NCBI GenBank assembly: GCA_030704615.1 | Contig: CM060733.1 | Location: forward strand, 44,330,001-44,394,000 | DNA: 64,000 nucleotides | From: Takakia lepidozioides | Taxonomy: Eukaryota > Plantae > Bryophyta | Reading direction: 5' to 3' | Shown here: in pieces, positions 36,526 through 49,351 of the stretch | How the letters are laid out: each line of letters starts with the position of its first letter | Position numbering within the stretch: the first letter of the stretch is position 1 | Program-made: the position numbers and the translations under genes | Notes under the pieces: model-generated | The model's database searches: none | Told to the model about the DNA's origin: nothing | The model's input: the letters and a program-made list of their open reading frames with translations, nothing else

Positions 36526-38668
36526 CTACCCTCTGGTTCTTGTGATGGTGATGGTGCCATTGCCTTCAGTGTGGATCTTGGTACAAGCAACGACAGATTT
36601 TCCAGAAAGGCCTGACCATGACTGAGGTGGAGGCCTCTCTTCATCCGGAGCAAATAGTCTATGCACAGCCCTTGGGGAAGGGCTCAGTAGTCGCTGGTTG
36701 ATATCATTCAATGTAACATCCCCTTGAGCACCGCATGGTTTCAAAAGTGCGAAAGGATATGCCACAGGTGTTGATGATTTCTCTTTGAACCTACTTGGCC
36801 GACTGGAACTTGATTTCTTACCTGCAAGCATGTGACATGAAAAGGATGAGACCCACATCACTGTTATCTTTAGGACATGTACAGAAGTTCCCATACAGGA
36901 GCCAATCTAACCTTCTAACCAAACAATCGAATCAATGGCAATCCAGCTGGGTGGATGAGTACCATGAGTTGGAGGCTTGGGGAAAGGTGTCAAGGGACCC
37001 TTCAACATCTCAGCTTCATGAGTTTTCCATTGCTGTGAACAACATCCTGCAAGTTCCATGGAACTTTCCATTTCAGAGCTGCAGAAGGTTCACTGTGAGG
37101 ATTGTCTCACAAATTCACCGCACAAAAGCTCAGTTGGCAACAACCCCCAGGAATATTGGAACAAAAGATGCTGTTGAACGAGAAGCTATTTCATCATCAA
37201 AGTGGGTACGTACCTGTTATATCGTTGATGGTTGCCCCTGGCACCGTCCTGAGATGTAGATACCACAAACATCGTCAACCAATGGCATAGCATGTCCTCT
37301 GTACACTATTGCTTAAGAAAATACAGCTTAGTTCCACTTGGAGTGGGCATCTGCAGCAAGCTTAAAACAATTTGAGGGGTATAGCTTCATAAAGCGGTTC
37401 AATGATCTGTTGCATACATTGCTTCATGTAAGCTGTTGGCCCCATTCTCCTCAAAGCACCTTAGCATCCAATTGTCAACTGGCAGTTGAGCTGTAGATAC
37501 AAAGCGTGAGTATCTGATGTGAAAATGGAAATATATGAGGAGAGATCCCATTATGAGAACTGTAGATGAAGAGCATGAGCAGACAGGCCACTTGCAACCA
37601 AGCCGACCTAATGAGAAGCCATGTTCCATGATATTAGACTTTATGAAGAGGAGTGCAAACAACCACAGAGAAGCACTGCTGACGATGCAGAAGAGCTATA
37701 CCTTTCTTTAAGTCCACATTATTTGGTGACGTCGGAACTGGAATCAAAAGTTCCTCACATCCATGTACCACCGGGTTTATGCAGTTCTGTATCCACACTC
37801 ACTGACAGATTGTTCAATCAGTTTCCACCAACTTCCTCATATACTCTTCCCAAACAGAGAGCGCATGTGGAGACAAATCTCATCCATTCCATCTCAATTA
37901 AATGATGAACACCCTAGAAAGAAGAAAACAACCCACCTCAAAAGTAGAATGAAATGTAGGCCCAAATGATGGTGCCTCTGCTGCAAAACCATCCCTTCTT
38001 GGTCCAGCAAATTGCAACATGCGCCGCCTTTTATGACGCTCACCATTTTGGAAAGCATAGTCAGAAGATCCATGTTGTTCACTGCCTGAGGCATCACAAC
38101 CCACACACACTGGCCTGTTCAGAACAGCGGAACTTGGTGCATGCATTGACGTTAACAAACCATAAAGATACAGTGAAACTTTGACATGAATTGAATGGGC
38201 TAGATTTCTGTGGTTCTTGAGTTGCAAACCAGCACATGTACTGCTCGTTTTTCGGACAATCAGCTTTACCCGGTGTCAATTGCATAACTGACAGCAGGAG
38301 AACTGCCTGGAGAATGCCAGAAGGTTGATTGATGAATACCTTGGCTGGCAAGTGGGAAAAATGCCGGACTTGAGTCTCTTAAATCAGGTACTGGAGTTGA
38401 AGCAAACAAGGAATTGGAGTCCACTCCATTGTGTATCAATTCGTCCCAGAATGATCCAGAAGTGGCTGCAAAGCACCAAGACATTATTGTGTTGGCAATT
38501 AAAGGGGTACATCACTTCATCCATTTATACATGCCACTCCCAACCAAAAACTGGAGTTCACTTGGGCCAGATGACAAGCATTGTTAATTGCATACCTGGT
38601 GGAGATTCCAAATCAAGCTTGAATGCATCCTGCCAGTACCACAGCTCGTTTCCATCTCTTCCTGCCAT
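36526..38668 (-). CDS. XRI1: XRI1-like protein (X-ray induced 1 family), multi-exon
   Basis: Diagnostic C-terminus VAYPFALLKPCGAQGDVTLNDINQRL...SGLSGKSVVACTKIHTEGNGTITITRTRG*. Putative first exon MAGRDGNELWYWQDAF from ATG 38668, internal KRRRMLQF motif at ~38030. Internal exon limits were not fully resolved. Confidence 0.8.
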
Positions 38669-41600
38669 TTGCTCATTTGCTAAGCAGCATCGTCACAAGT
38701 ATCTATAACTCCACATCCATTGCTCTATTGTTCCTAGAATCGCACTGGCACCTTGCAGGGGTTTATGAGTTGGTGCCCTCCATTTTCCAATAGACCCATA
38801 GAGGAGCATCCGTCAATCGAGTAAAGAACGAGCAGAACATAGGGGAAGGTGTCTGCACAGGAAGAACGTTAAGCAGAAATATATGTCAGCTCTTTAAAAT
38901 GATCGACAAACATTACTTGCATTGTCCAAGCCTGCATAAACTGTAGCTGCAGCTGGACAGCACATTGGCGGACCTGAAACGTCAGGCATTCGTATGTATA
39001 TGAATATGTAGATGTTTGCAAAAGATACTACACATCTCAGAGGTAACCAACAGCAGCTTGCTTATGATAAAGCTCGTCAAGATTATGGAAAGCTGCAATT
39101 CTCGTCAGTAACTTCACATTGACCTGGGAAATTACTCAAAATTCTTAAATTAAACGAGAGAAGAGTCAGAAATGAAGAGTATCTATAGGAATGTTCAGGG
39201 TCAGCAAAACTTTCCAAACACTCTTAAGGTTTGCTATGAAGACTACAGGGTATGTGAGGAGTCAGGAATTTGATCTGAAAGAGAAATTCAGGAGATTTGA
39301 GCTCAGTTATTCTATCAAAACTGTAGCTGACATGCCAAAGAGTGTGAAATCCTTCACGAGTTTAATACCGAAGCTCACCGTCACAGACCACAGAATATCT
39401 CCATCCATTTGGATAGAATAATGACATTTCTAGAGAACAAAGAAGGACCCAAACCGAAAGCAAGGACGATCCTGCATCAATCCTGCATAACAGCCTCTTG
39501 CAAAGAAAAATCGGAGTCCAGAGGACTTGCAAAAGACGAAGAGAGTTACTCACAATATGCATTGAAGTGCAAGAAAGAGGCAGCCTGAATGCTCCGTGAG
39601 TGCAAGTGCAAGAAAGGAATGGCAAAGCTTGAAAGACGCTCTGCCCGCGCTGCGGTGCTCTCGCCTTCATATTCGAACCAAAGCTCCGTTTAACGTCTTA
39701 ACAACACGTGCCGGTCAATATTAAATCATTTGAATAATTTGAAATTTGAAGTTGGGGTTCATAACACTTTGGTGGCCCACACACGCACGCACTGTTGCTC
39801 ACGTTGTGGTCGACAGAGAGCGAGAGAGAGTGATTCCTTTATGAGCCTGCGGCCCACCATTCCTCACCTACCCTTCTCTGCAGCATCAAGTCCGGGCTAC
39901 TTTCCATGCGATTTTGCCCCGAATAAAAAGATCCACTTGAATGTAAGACTACCACTCAAACAGTTACTGAAGTTTGTTGGCCAATGCAGAACTGCCACCC
40001 CGGTTTCATTAATCTCTTGTTCCCGAAAAATCATTTGACTCACACCTGTCGCTTAGTTTCCGGATGGAGAAGGAGATTGATGTACAACAGCACCGGCAAA
40101 CTACGCAAAGATGTATACCAAGCCCAAGAAATATTAAAATCCAGTGCTCAATGGGACCCGATCGTCGTGGTTACGACCTGTTTGAAGGTTTCCTGAGCTC
40201 ACTTGCAGATCACAGGTTCCAGTCATTCAAAGAAGGTATCTTTGGCCAGCGCTCTAGTATATCTGATTCAACCCATCAAAGCCAACAATGAGTTGGCTAA
40301 TCGGTGAAGAAGTGAGACTTGTGGACTAATATATCTGTATAATTACCTTGTGCATGTTCCTCTCCCATTGCTATCGTATATCTTTACCTTGGAGCAAAAA
40401 GAATGGAAGAGAACACTGTATCGTTGAGACTTCCAGTCACGTGGGTAGTCAGACTGTTGGATGCCTTGCTAATCTAGTAGTTGTTCGCTCGAATACCGAA
40501 ATGCCATGTCCACTGCAGAGAGTTTTGGAGGCGCACTCGACAATGGCTTCATAACGCGCAAAGGCACGACTGAAGAACGAGCCTTGAGATGGGCCGACAC
40601 TCCGAGTTTGACCGAGCAGGTCCATGTCGTTCACTCACTCGACATTGCTGCTTAGAGAGACCGAGTCATCTGCTTCTGGCTCCAACAGTAGAATTTTGGA
40701 CGCTACAGATAAGCAACAGCTATATGTATGGAGTTGCATTCAAGAATGGAACTGAGTTTGACCGGGAAGTTTGCAGATTCCAGAATTTAATTCTTCTGTT
40801 TCTGGGCGCTAAATACGTGGGATCGAATGTTGTCTACACTGGAGTTCCTAGATTGGCCTTCAATCTCATTGTACTTTTAGGTATTTAGTTCTACATTATA
40901 GTCGGATGCTGGTCATACCACCATCGACCAGACTACCACGCTCTGCCTCATCACTTGTATGCACTTGTGGGGCCATGTTGCTATCCATTATCCAGCGTCG
41001 TAGTAATTCATGAGCTGACAAACACAAACTGCACCTTTCTGCTTCCGCTTTTAATTTCCCTGCCACTCAAGAGCGACAAGCTTTGAGAGACAGTGGCGTG
41101 TTTACAAGCTGGGCAAGCGGTCAGCTGTAAGCGGGTGGAGAGGGGCGGACATAGTTCGGCCGGGAGTGTTCATCAGAAACGAGGAACATATCTGTCAACT
41201 ATATGGAGATCAAGTCAGACAAGAAAAGTTTAAAGTCTAGTAACTGACAAGCTGCCCCCCTTGTCCTCGCGGGGGATTCACTGAAGTTAGTACCCTTAGC
41301 GATCGATGCTTTTTTTTTCTTTGCAATGAAGGGAGCAATGAATCTGAAAGGTTGCTCTTTACAATGCATCAAGATTATGCAGTTGTCAATAGCCAAGGCT
41401 ACATAGATTCTCGAGACTATACAATTCTTGGATTGGATATATATCTATTCAATATGCAATTAAAACCCCAGTTCCCACTTTGGGAGGACTGTTGTTGTAC
41501 ATACATATGTGTAAGTTACAAAACTTTATCTCGTATGTGAGCTGTCAGAGTCTAGAGGCAGGCCCCAACTTTGCCGTTTAGTGAGCACTAGGCAAACGCA

Positions 41601-42223
41601 TGCTCAGGCATGATAGGTCTTTGATTCGTGGTGGGTGGGAGTCCGAGGTTGAGGTGCAGGCTAGATGCAAAATTGGCACATGTCAGCGAAAAGCTCCTCA
41701 AAATCCAAAGATAGCATCGAAGTAAATGCAGCCCCATGGGAACTGATGCGCTTGATCGCTGGGTACCTCAATAGCAATAAAATCTCCAACGGAGTACGCA
41801 CAGCCCCCGATGCAAATGGGACGAAGCCCATGTGACGTTGGACACATTCTTTGTCCGACTCCATCGACTGCGATGAACACCAAATTAGACGAGTAAAAAC
41901 TTTCACCAATTTTATCGAAACTCCTAAATGGTTGGGCCAATTGATCAAAGGGGCATGCCTCGCAATGTACCTTCTCCTAATTTCTCAAAGTTTTCGGACA
42001 GGATTCGGTTATATTTTGTAGTGATCGGGGAGGGGATCCACGCACTACATTTCCAATAGCTTTCCACCTTTTTGGTTTGAATGGGAAAAACCTGGGTGTG
42101 TTTTCTGGAAAATTGAACGGTCCCAGGTATTTGTTGCTACGTCCAAGAATTGTAGACTGAATACTGCGGCCACAAATGTATTAGCGACGCATGAACGTGT
42201 TTGCAACGGCTTTGAGGCCTGGT

Positions 42224-43570
42224 CATGTGGGGATCATAGCGGTATTTCTTAGATGACGTGGTAGGCCAATGAAGTACTGTTGTGAATTAATTGCTCCTTG
42301 TCAAAGATGGCCCCTAATGAACACCTAGGTTGGGTGATGGCTGAGGCTGATCATAGTTCGGCTATGTAAGTAAAAATGGACAAAATGGAAGAATTCACGA
42401 CCACCTCTAGAGTAGAGAGAACATGAGTAGTGTATGAGTGGGTGGTATTTATATATATGCAGTGTAGTTACAAACACAGTCCGAGATTTTACTTACAATG
42501 TTGGAAGATGACACAAATGAGGATGAGGTTGTGGACGAGACTAAAACTAATTTTGAGTAGGAAGATAATGAAGTAAAATAGAATTGTAGATCTGGGATGA
42601 CTTGAAAAGCTGAGGTGTAGAATGTGGGTATTTGTGTTTCTTTGCTATGTGAGGAATTTGTAACAATGCTGGTCATTGGAAATATTATGGATGATGTATA
42701 TTTGTAGAAAAGATTGTTGGCATTAGGTACAAATTTTGAGTCTATAAGTTTTTGTTAAGGCCAAATCTTTGTACTAGTGACGAACCGTTGTACTTTTGAC
42801 GGCTTTGATGCCTTGTCACGACAATTGGCATGGTGACTCCCGAACGTCCGAAACCCTCTCTCCCCTTCCTTCCTCCCTCTTCCCTGCCTCCCTCTTCCTC
42901 ACGGTGCATTTTTCATAAAATGTGCATATAACTTATATCCATCACACAATCTAAGAAGAATACACTTTAAGTTAGCTGATGCATTACATTGTCCTATACT
43001 TGCGAGAAGTAAGTGTAACGCAATGGGCAGAGAGTAGATTAGACATACGGTGTGTAGAGAAAGAGATAAAGGCCGGATATAGACTTGCTAAAAGAACACA
43101 TTTGTATTGGGGAATATTAGTAACTATATCTTGACCTTAGATATGTGGTTTGGCTCACATAAGGAGTAACCACCTAAGGTCATCTCATCTACCTAATCAC
43201 TCTACGTCACTACTTCTAAGTTATCTCCATCGCGACAACTAATCACAAGTATGGCTTGCAGTGAAAATAGACGGTCCACATTTGTTGCAATGTCAACACA
43301 TACATTTTGTAGGGATATATTGGATGAGAGATCCATGTGGGCATCATAGCAGTATTTCTTAGATGACGTGGTAGGCCAATGAAGTACTGTTGTGAATTAA
43401 TTGCTCATTGTCAAAGATGACCCCCGATGGATTATCTCACCTAGGTTGGGTAATGGCTGAGGCTAATCATAGTTCGGCTATATAAGTAAAGATGGACAAA
43501 GATGCCCACCCCCGAGAGGGGGCAGTAGCCGTGAGGCGAAGTGGCTCTTAGTTACGCCGGCTTTGGCCGG

Positions 43571-43652
<82 letters not shown>

Positions 43653-44061
43653 ATGGACAAAATGGAAGAATTCAGGACCACCTATAGAGTAGAGAGAGTA
43701 GTGTATGAGTGGGTGGTATTTATGTATGATGCAGTGTAGTTACAAACGCAGTCCGAGATTTTTCCTTTTGCTAAGACTTACAATGTTGGAAGATGACACA
43801 AACCTAGATGAGGTTGTGGACGAGACTAAAACTAAATTTTGAGTAGGAAGGTAATGAAGTAAAATAGAATTGTAGAAAATTCAAAAACCTGGGCATTTAT
43901 CTGGCATGACTTGAAAAGCTGAGGTGTAGAGTGTGGGTATTTGTATTTCACTGCTATGTGAGGAATTTGTAACAACATGCTGGTCATTGGAAATAGTATG
44001 GATGATGTATATTTGTAGAAAATGTTGTTGGCATGTTAGGTACAAATTTTGAGTCTATAAG
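42224..44061 (+). repeat. Direct duplication of ~520 bp (42224-42747 and 43335-44061)
   Basis: Shared sequence from catgtggg..tatttcttagatgacgtggtaggcc to aaattttgagtctataag. The second copy carries an insertion. Confidence 0.85.
43501..43649 (+). mobile_element. Short retroposed element (structured ~74-nt head plus (TC)n tail) with a 12-bp TSD
   Basis: Absent from the first repeat copy. Flanked by aagatggacaaa at 43489-43500 and 43650-43661. Confidence 0.75.
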
Positions 44062-44299
44062 TAATCTCGGTGCTTCATGTTTAGGCCTAGATAGATTGCC
44101 TCCTTCTTTTATCCTTCTTGTTCTCCAGGCCCTTGTCATGTAGAAGTCCTTGTTGCTCACTCTAGTTCTCCAGGTTAGTTCTCCGGCTTGGGTATTCCAT
44201 TGATGTCATGATATGGCCAATGAACATGGCTTTCCTAGCTTGAGAATCCCTCAAAGCATCGTGCGTAGGTACTTACAGAAGGAAATCTTTGATAAAACT

Positions 44300-44860
44300 T
44301 TTCAGGCACTCGCGGATAATACGTCTTCAGTGCTGAGTCTACTTGTGGAGGTTTTCTTGTGTGAAGTCCTCCGCCATCTCAATTTCCTGAATCTCCTGCA
44401 TCTGCTGCAAGAGCTTTCCAAGATGATACATATCTGACGCCTTGGTATATAAACCACCCTCTTCTAAGGTAGTCTCATCCCAATTCTGATGCATGATTCT
44501 TGGAGCCTCCTGATCACGTCCAGCACTTTCCATATCAATAATGACCCACCTCGTCCCGCCTCAGGGCCATGCACTTTCACAATATTTTGCCACCGAAGAT
44601 CACGGTGTGTGAAGTTGTTCTTGTGCAGCTCTTTGAGACCACAAAGAACATCATGGACTGCCGGCCTCACCTCGTTTTGGTGTGGTTGTGCCTACTTCAT
44701 ATTGAAACTGTTGTCGCGTACAGAAATCTTGTAGATAGGAACAATGCAGCGCATCCTAAGACTAAGGAAGAATGGGTCACGCGTAGAAATTGAGTGGCTC
44801 TCAATAGGCTCAGCACTGCTGAACATTATTACTTCAAGATTCAAATTCAAGATTCACGTG
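44300..44860 (-). pseudogene. Crinkler (CRN)-type protein kinase remnant
   Basis: HDVLCGLKELHKNNFTHRDLRWQNIV, DMESAG and YTKASDMYHLGKLL across two frames, with an upstream in-frame stop. Confidence 0.6.
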
Positions 44861-44970
44861 AACAATAGCAAACCTCTAACATGTTCTCTTCATGAGCATC
44901 GATTTAATCCTTCGAATTTCTGTTCCAATGAGGTTACATTTTTCATGAGCTATTTTTTTGGGGGGGGGGG

Positions 44971-45667
44971 TGTCGTGCGCATACATATCGCTACACAACT
45001 ACATCGCTGTCCAAAACCACACAACACATGTGCACACCACAGACTAGTATACCACTAGTCCACCACTAGTCCAGCCACTAGTCAACCACTAGGCTACAAC
45101 TAGTCAGTCACTAGGCTGCACTATGCTGCCACTATGGCAGTCACTAGTCCACACAATGATAAAGAAGAAGAATACAAGCACAAGCTCATGCGAGCTCACA
45201 AAGCTGAAGCATAAACTCATGCATATATAACCTCATCACTCAAATACAAGTCAAGCCAAGTGCACCCCACGCCATGGGGAATCCACACTACGGCGCCATA
45301 GCTAGGCGCGGTGAGGCTCAACTCGAGAAAGATGAGCCTCCCGCGCTTGCCGTGAAGATAACCACTCCAGGGCCTAAATCTGCCTTGACCCCTGGATTGA
45401 CACTTGGGCCAATCCCAAATGTCAATATGTAAAAGCTAGCTATTTCCTAGCTAGTTTCACACTAGTGGTAAAATAACTTGACAGCTGTCGTGCGCATACA
45501 TATCGCTACACAACTACATCGCTGTCCAAAACCACACAAACATGTGCACACCAACACTAGTATACCACTAGTACCACTAGTCCAGCCACTAGTCCAACCA
45601 CTAGGCTACAACTAGTCAGTCACTAGGCCACTATGCTGCCCACTATGGCAGTCACTAGTCCACACAA
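44971..45667 (-). repeat. 3' terminal repeat block A-(GC)-B-A
   Basis: A at 45486-45667, GC spacer at 45484-45485, B at 45157-45483 (327 bp), A at 44971-45156. A is rich in ACTAGT motifs. A PPT-like AGGGGGCGA (plus strand 45668-45676) directly precedes the inner A. Confidence 0.9.
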
Positions 45668-45925
45668 TCGCCCCCTAGCTGGTGCTTAGGTCCCTCTAAG
45701 TCCAGGTAGCCACAAGATGTGATAGTGACCATAGCCTCACTAAGTCCTCCACCACTATCCCTACTACACTCAAACTCGATAGATCAAGAGGCCGGGTGCA
45801 AGAGTTGCCCCATCGTTAGTCGCCGTCTTGCAACCTGTGAACTTGAGCTTGGGATCTCATGTATTGACTCCTATGAGCTTGGCCTCCCATGTCTTGTTAG
45901 CTGCCTCCAGTCATGTCCACTGCCA

Positions 45926-46068
45926 CTATCCCAAGCAGTGTGGACACAACCAATCTCCGTCAGGAACCTTCTCAAGAGGTGGTGTCAAGCATCCCATATG
46001 CCAACCCTTGAGCATCGATCACACACCAGCATGGTGGCTGCCCCTTTGGCAGACCCACAGAGCATGCA
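45926..46068 (-). CDS. PHD finger at the integrase C-terminus (frameshifted)
   Basis: Manual translation across a 1-nt shift gives CMLC-GSAKGAATMLV-CDRC-SRGW-HMGC-LTPPLEKVPDGDWL-CPHC-LG*, the canonical C4HC3 pattern with the conserved W. Not shown in the ORF track. Confidence 0.85.
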
Positions 46069-47300
46069 CCTCAAAACCTGCAGGTACCACTGCCAAGTTT
46101 GGGTCAACTCTGCCATCGACATTGGGAAGGTGACATGGCGCACAATTACGCACATGGTCCTTCCAAGTCATGCCATCCCGACCCTCCAAGATCAGGACCC
46201 CTGAGGGCAACACCTCTCGAACCCTCAGAATAACACGCCCTGCAGTAACATCCAGAGTCGTAGGAGCAGTCTGCTGCAAATAAACATAGTCACCAGGGCT
46301 AAACCTCCGAACCCCAGGACGATATCCTCCACCACGTATAGTGGCATACCTCAACGTATCACGGTGCTGTGCAATGGCAAGGTTCTCAAAAGCCATGGGC
46401 ATGACTTTCTTGAACAACTCTGCACGCTGATCACATGCACGTACCCACACGTCCGGATCGTCAAGGTTAAGGACTTGAGCAGTGTCCCTACGAATGGCTG
46501 CAGGCAAATCCGGCTCTCGGCCAAAGAGAAGGAAATATGGTGAGAAGGAGGCAAGTGATGCTTGTTTGCTGAACCTGTAGCCCATGGCTAACCAAGGAAC
46601 CTGAAGATCCCAATCTCCTAGGTGTCCCTTCTGCAAGCCATACTTGCGCAAACCCCTCTTCACCGTCTGAACAACTCTCTCTGCTAAGCCATCGGCCTCA
46701 GGATGATCCGAGAAGTGGTGCGTGGTCTATCAAGGCTTTATCACACAAAGCCTGAAACTCCCCAAGAACTCTCTCCCTTGGTCCGTGAGTACCTCAGCTG
46801 GAGCACCAAATCGGCTAAGCACACGATCCAAGAATGCATACGCAGCCCCCTCACTAGCCTTGTCAGGCAATGGAACCAACTCAATCCACTTGGAGAAGTG
46901 CTCCACCATCACCAACACATATCTGTGGTGGCGCATAGTCAGTGGCAACGGTCCTGCGAAGTCAAGACTCCACCTGTAGCCCAATCCCATGATTGGTAAA
47001 GGATGCAACTGTGGTGTAGGGGCGTTGAATGAAGCACGCACCCTGTCACACACCATGCACCTAGCCACGAACTGTTGCACCTCTGTATGCATACCACGCC
47101 ACCAATACTGCCCCTGCAGTAAACTGTGAGTGCGTCGCACTCCAAAATGCCCCAACTCCTCATGGGCATGCCGCACTAACCGTGCACGCTGTGTGGGGTG
47201 AGGCACAATCCTCACCCGACCATCCTCCCACACTCGAAGTAGGTGTATCCCCTCCCACTTGAACCTCTTGGCTCGTTGCAGGATCCGATCCCTCTCCCTG
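46069..47300 (-). CDS. Retroviral-type DDE integrase
   Basis: HEELGHFG...CMVC zinc site, WSLDFAGPL, VLTDQGREF, HPEADGLAER and SPYFLLFGREP. Frameshifted. Confidence 0.92.
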
Positions 47301-47304
47301 GCAG

Positions 47305-48900
47305 TCACATGGCTGCCGTGTCTCCCGTGCGGAGGTAGTCCAACACAGCCGAATCCTCATGTATATCTCTGGCACCACCTGGCTCATCACTAGCCTCAGG
47401 GTCCTCAGACACTCCGTCTACAGTCATCCCTGTTGTAGGTCCAACCTGACCTCCGATGCCAAGATACAAAAATGCAGATGCGTGCCATCCCGGCACCATC
47501 TCCTCGTCCGTCTCACCATGCCACCGAGCTCCAGTGTCATCCTGCTGGCTCATGCATGGATTGCGACTCAATCCATCCGCATCCCGATTGACCAAACCCG
47601 GTCGATGCACAACCTGAAAGTCATACTCCTGGAGTATAAGTGCCCACCGTGCAAGCTTCCCCGTAAGCTTGTCTGACTCCATCAACCACTTGAGTGGCTG
47701 GTGATCCGTGACAAGGGTGAAAAGATTGCCGTATAGATAGCACCTGAAGTGTGCCACGGCCCACACTGCAGCTAAGCACTCTCCCTCATATGAGCTGTAC
47801 TTAGCCTGCAGCGTTGTTCGAGCGGCTAGCGTAAGCCACTACGAACTCTCTTCCCTCATCATCCACCTGTGTGAGCACCGCTCCAAGCCCAGCATGCTCC
47901 AATCCGTATGCAGCTGAAAGGGACGCCCCCTGATAGGTCGTCTCAAGATAGGCGCCGAGGTCAACCTCGCCTTGAGCTCTTGAAAAGCTCGTTCTGCTCA
48001 TCTTCCCACTGCCACTCCTGGTCCACCTTGGTCAGCTTGGTTAGAGCCTTTGCAATGGTACTAAATCCCTTGACAAACCGTCTATAATAGTTTGCCAACC
48101 CCATGAAAGCTCGAACTCGGCTCACATCCGTGGGGCGTGGAATTTGTGCAATGGCCTCTACCTTAGTCTGCTGTACCCCCAATCCTCCAGGATATATCAT
48201 GTGACCCAGATACTCAATCTGGTTGTGGAAAAACTTGCACTTCCCCGGATGCAACTTCAATCCGTGCGCTCTCAAGCGCTCCAATACCACCTGAAGGTGT
48301 CTCTCATGCTCCTCCATCGTAACACTAAAGATGATGATGTCATCTATGTAGCACCGAGCAAAGTCCCCCTGCTAGAATCCTATCCATGACTCTCTGAAAC
48401 TCTGCAGGAGCATTCTTAAGCCCAAATGGTAAGAACCGCCACTGATATAGGCAATCCTTGCCGTGCTCATTGATCCCCCAGAATGCCGTCTTCTGCTTGT
48501 CCGCCTCCTTGATTGGCAACTGGTGATATCCGGATCGTAAATCCAAAGTGCTAAAGGCCTTAGCATGCCCGATGGCATCAAAGATCTCCTCTGGTGTTGG
48601 CATGGCATACTTATCGGACTTGGTCTGACGATTTACAGGCCGGTAATCACCGCACATACGTCTCTCCGTCCAATTGCCATAGACATCCTTCTTGGCTGGC
48701 ATCACTGTGGCTGAAGCATACTCTCCACCAGAGAGCTCCACCAAACCTGCCTCCCAGAGATCTTGAGTCCTCATCTGAATCAAAGACCTCTCCATGTCAC
48801 TGTATATATAGGGTCTCCGAAAGATTGGCGTGTCAGTGGCCAACTCAATACGGATCTCTTGACCCTTCAGTGCTCCCAAGTCCTTCAAACTGAAGGCAAA
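47305..48900 (-). CDS. Gypsy reverse transcriptase and RNase H
   Basis: RMCGDYRPVN, LDLRSGYHQL, LPFGLKNAPAEFQR, CYIDDIII (~48331-48354), YLGH, FMGLANYYRRFV, VAYASRS and TDHQPLKWL...NRDADGLSR. Several frameshifts. Confidence 0.95.
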
Positions 48901-49351
48901 AGCAATTCCTGTAAGCCCTCAGGAACCGCCGTATACGTCGTCTCTCCTCCGGTGACAATGGGTCCAATGTCAGGCTCCCAATTGTCCTCCGTAACTGCAA
49001 CCTTAAGTCCAGTGGGCTTAGAGGTAGAGGACGCGTCCAGTGGTTGCTATGTTGCAACCTCTTGAGCAGTACTCCCTGCCTGCTCAGTCAATGACAAGGC
49101 CTCATCCTGCCCATCATCTCATCCTTGAGGACCTCCTCAACCCGAGAAGAATCCCCAACCTCATCCATCACAGCCGCCTTGGCTGCCAACTCCCTCTGAA
49201 CCTCGAGCACCTCCCACGTGTGCCATGGATGCATGCACCCCGTGGTCCTCACATGCTCGCCCCCACTCACTGCCTGTACCGTCTCGGTAGGCAGAGAGAC
49301 CATTGAGGGAAGTGTACTCCGCACTCTGCGTTGCTCAGCCAGAGCCAAGCT

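Noticed and set aside
39984-42200. Possible gene or transposase remnants upstream of the XRI1-like gene
   Set aside because: Only short broken ORFs with no motif I could assign.
43501-43575. Hammerhead ribozyme
   Set aside because: It lacks the CUGANGA and GAAA core.
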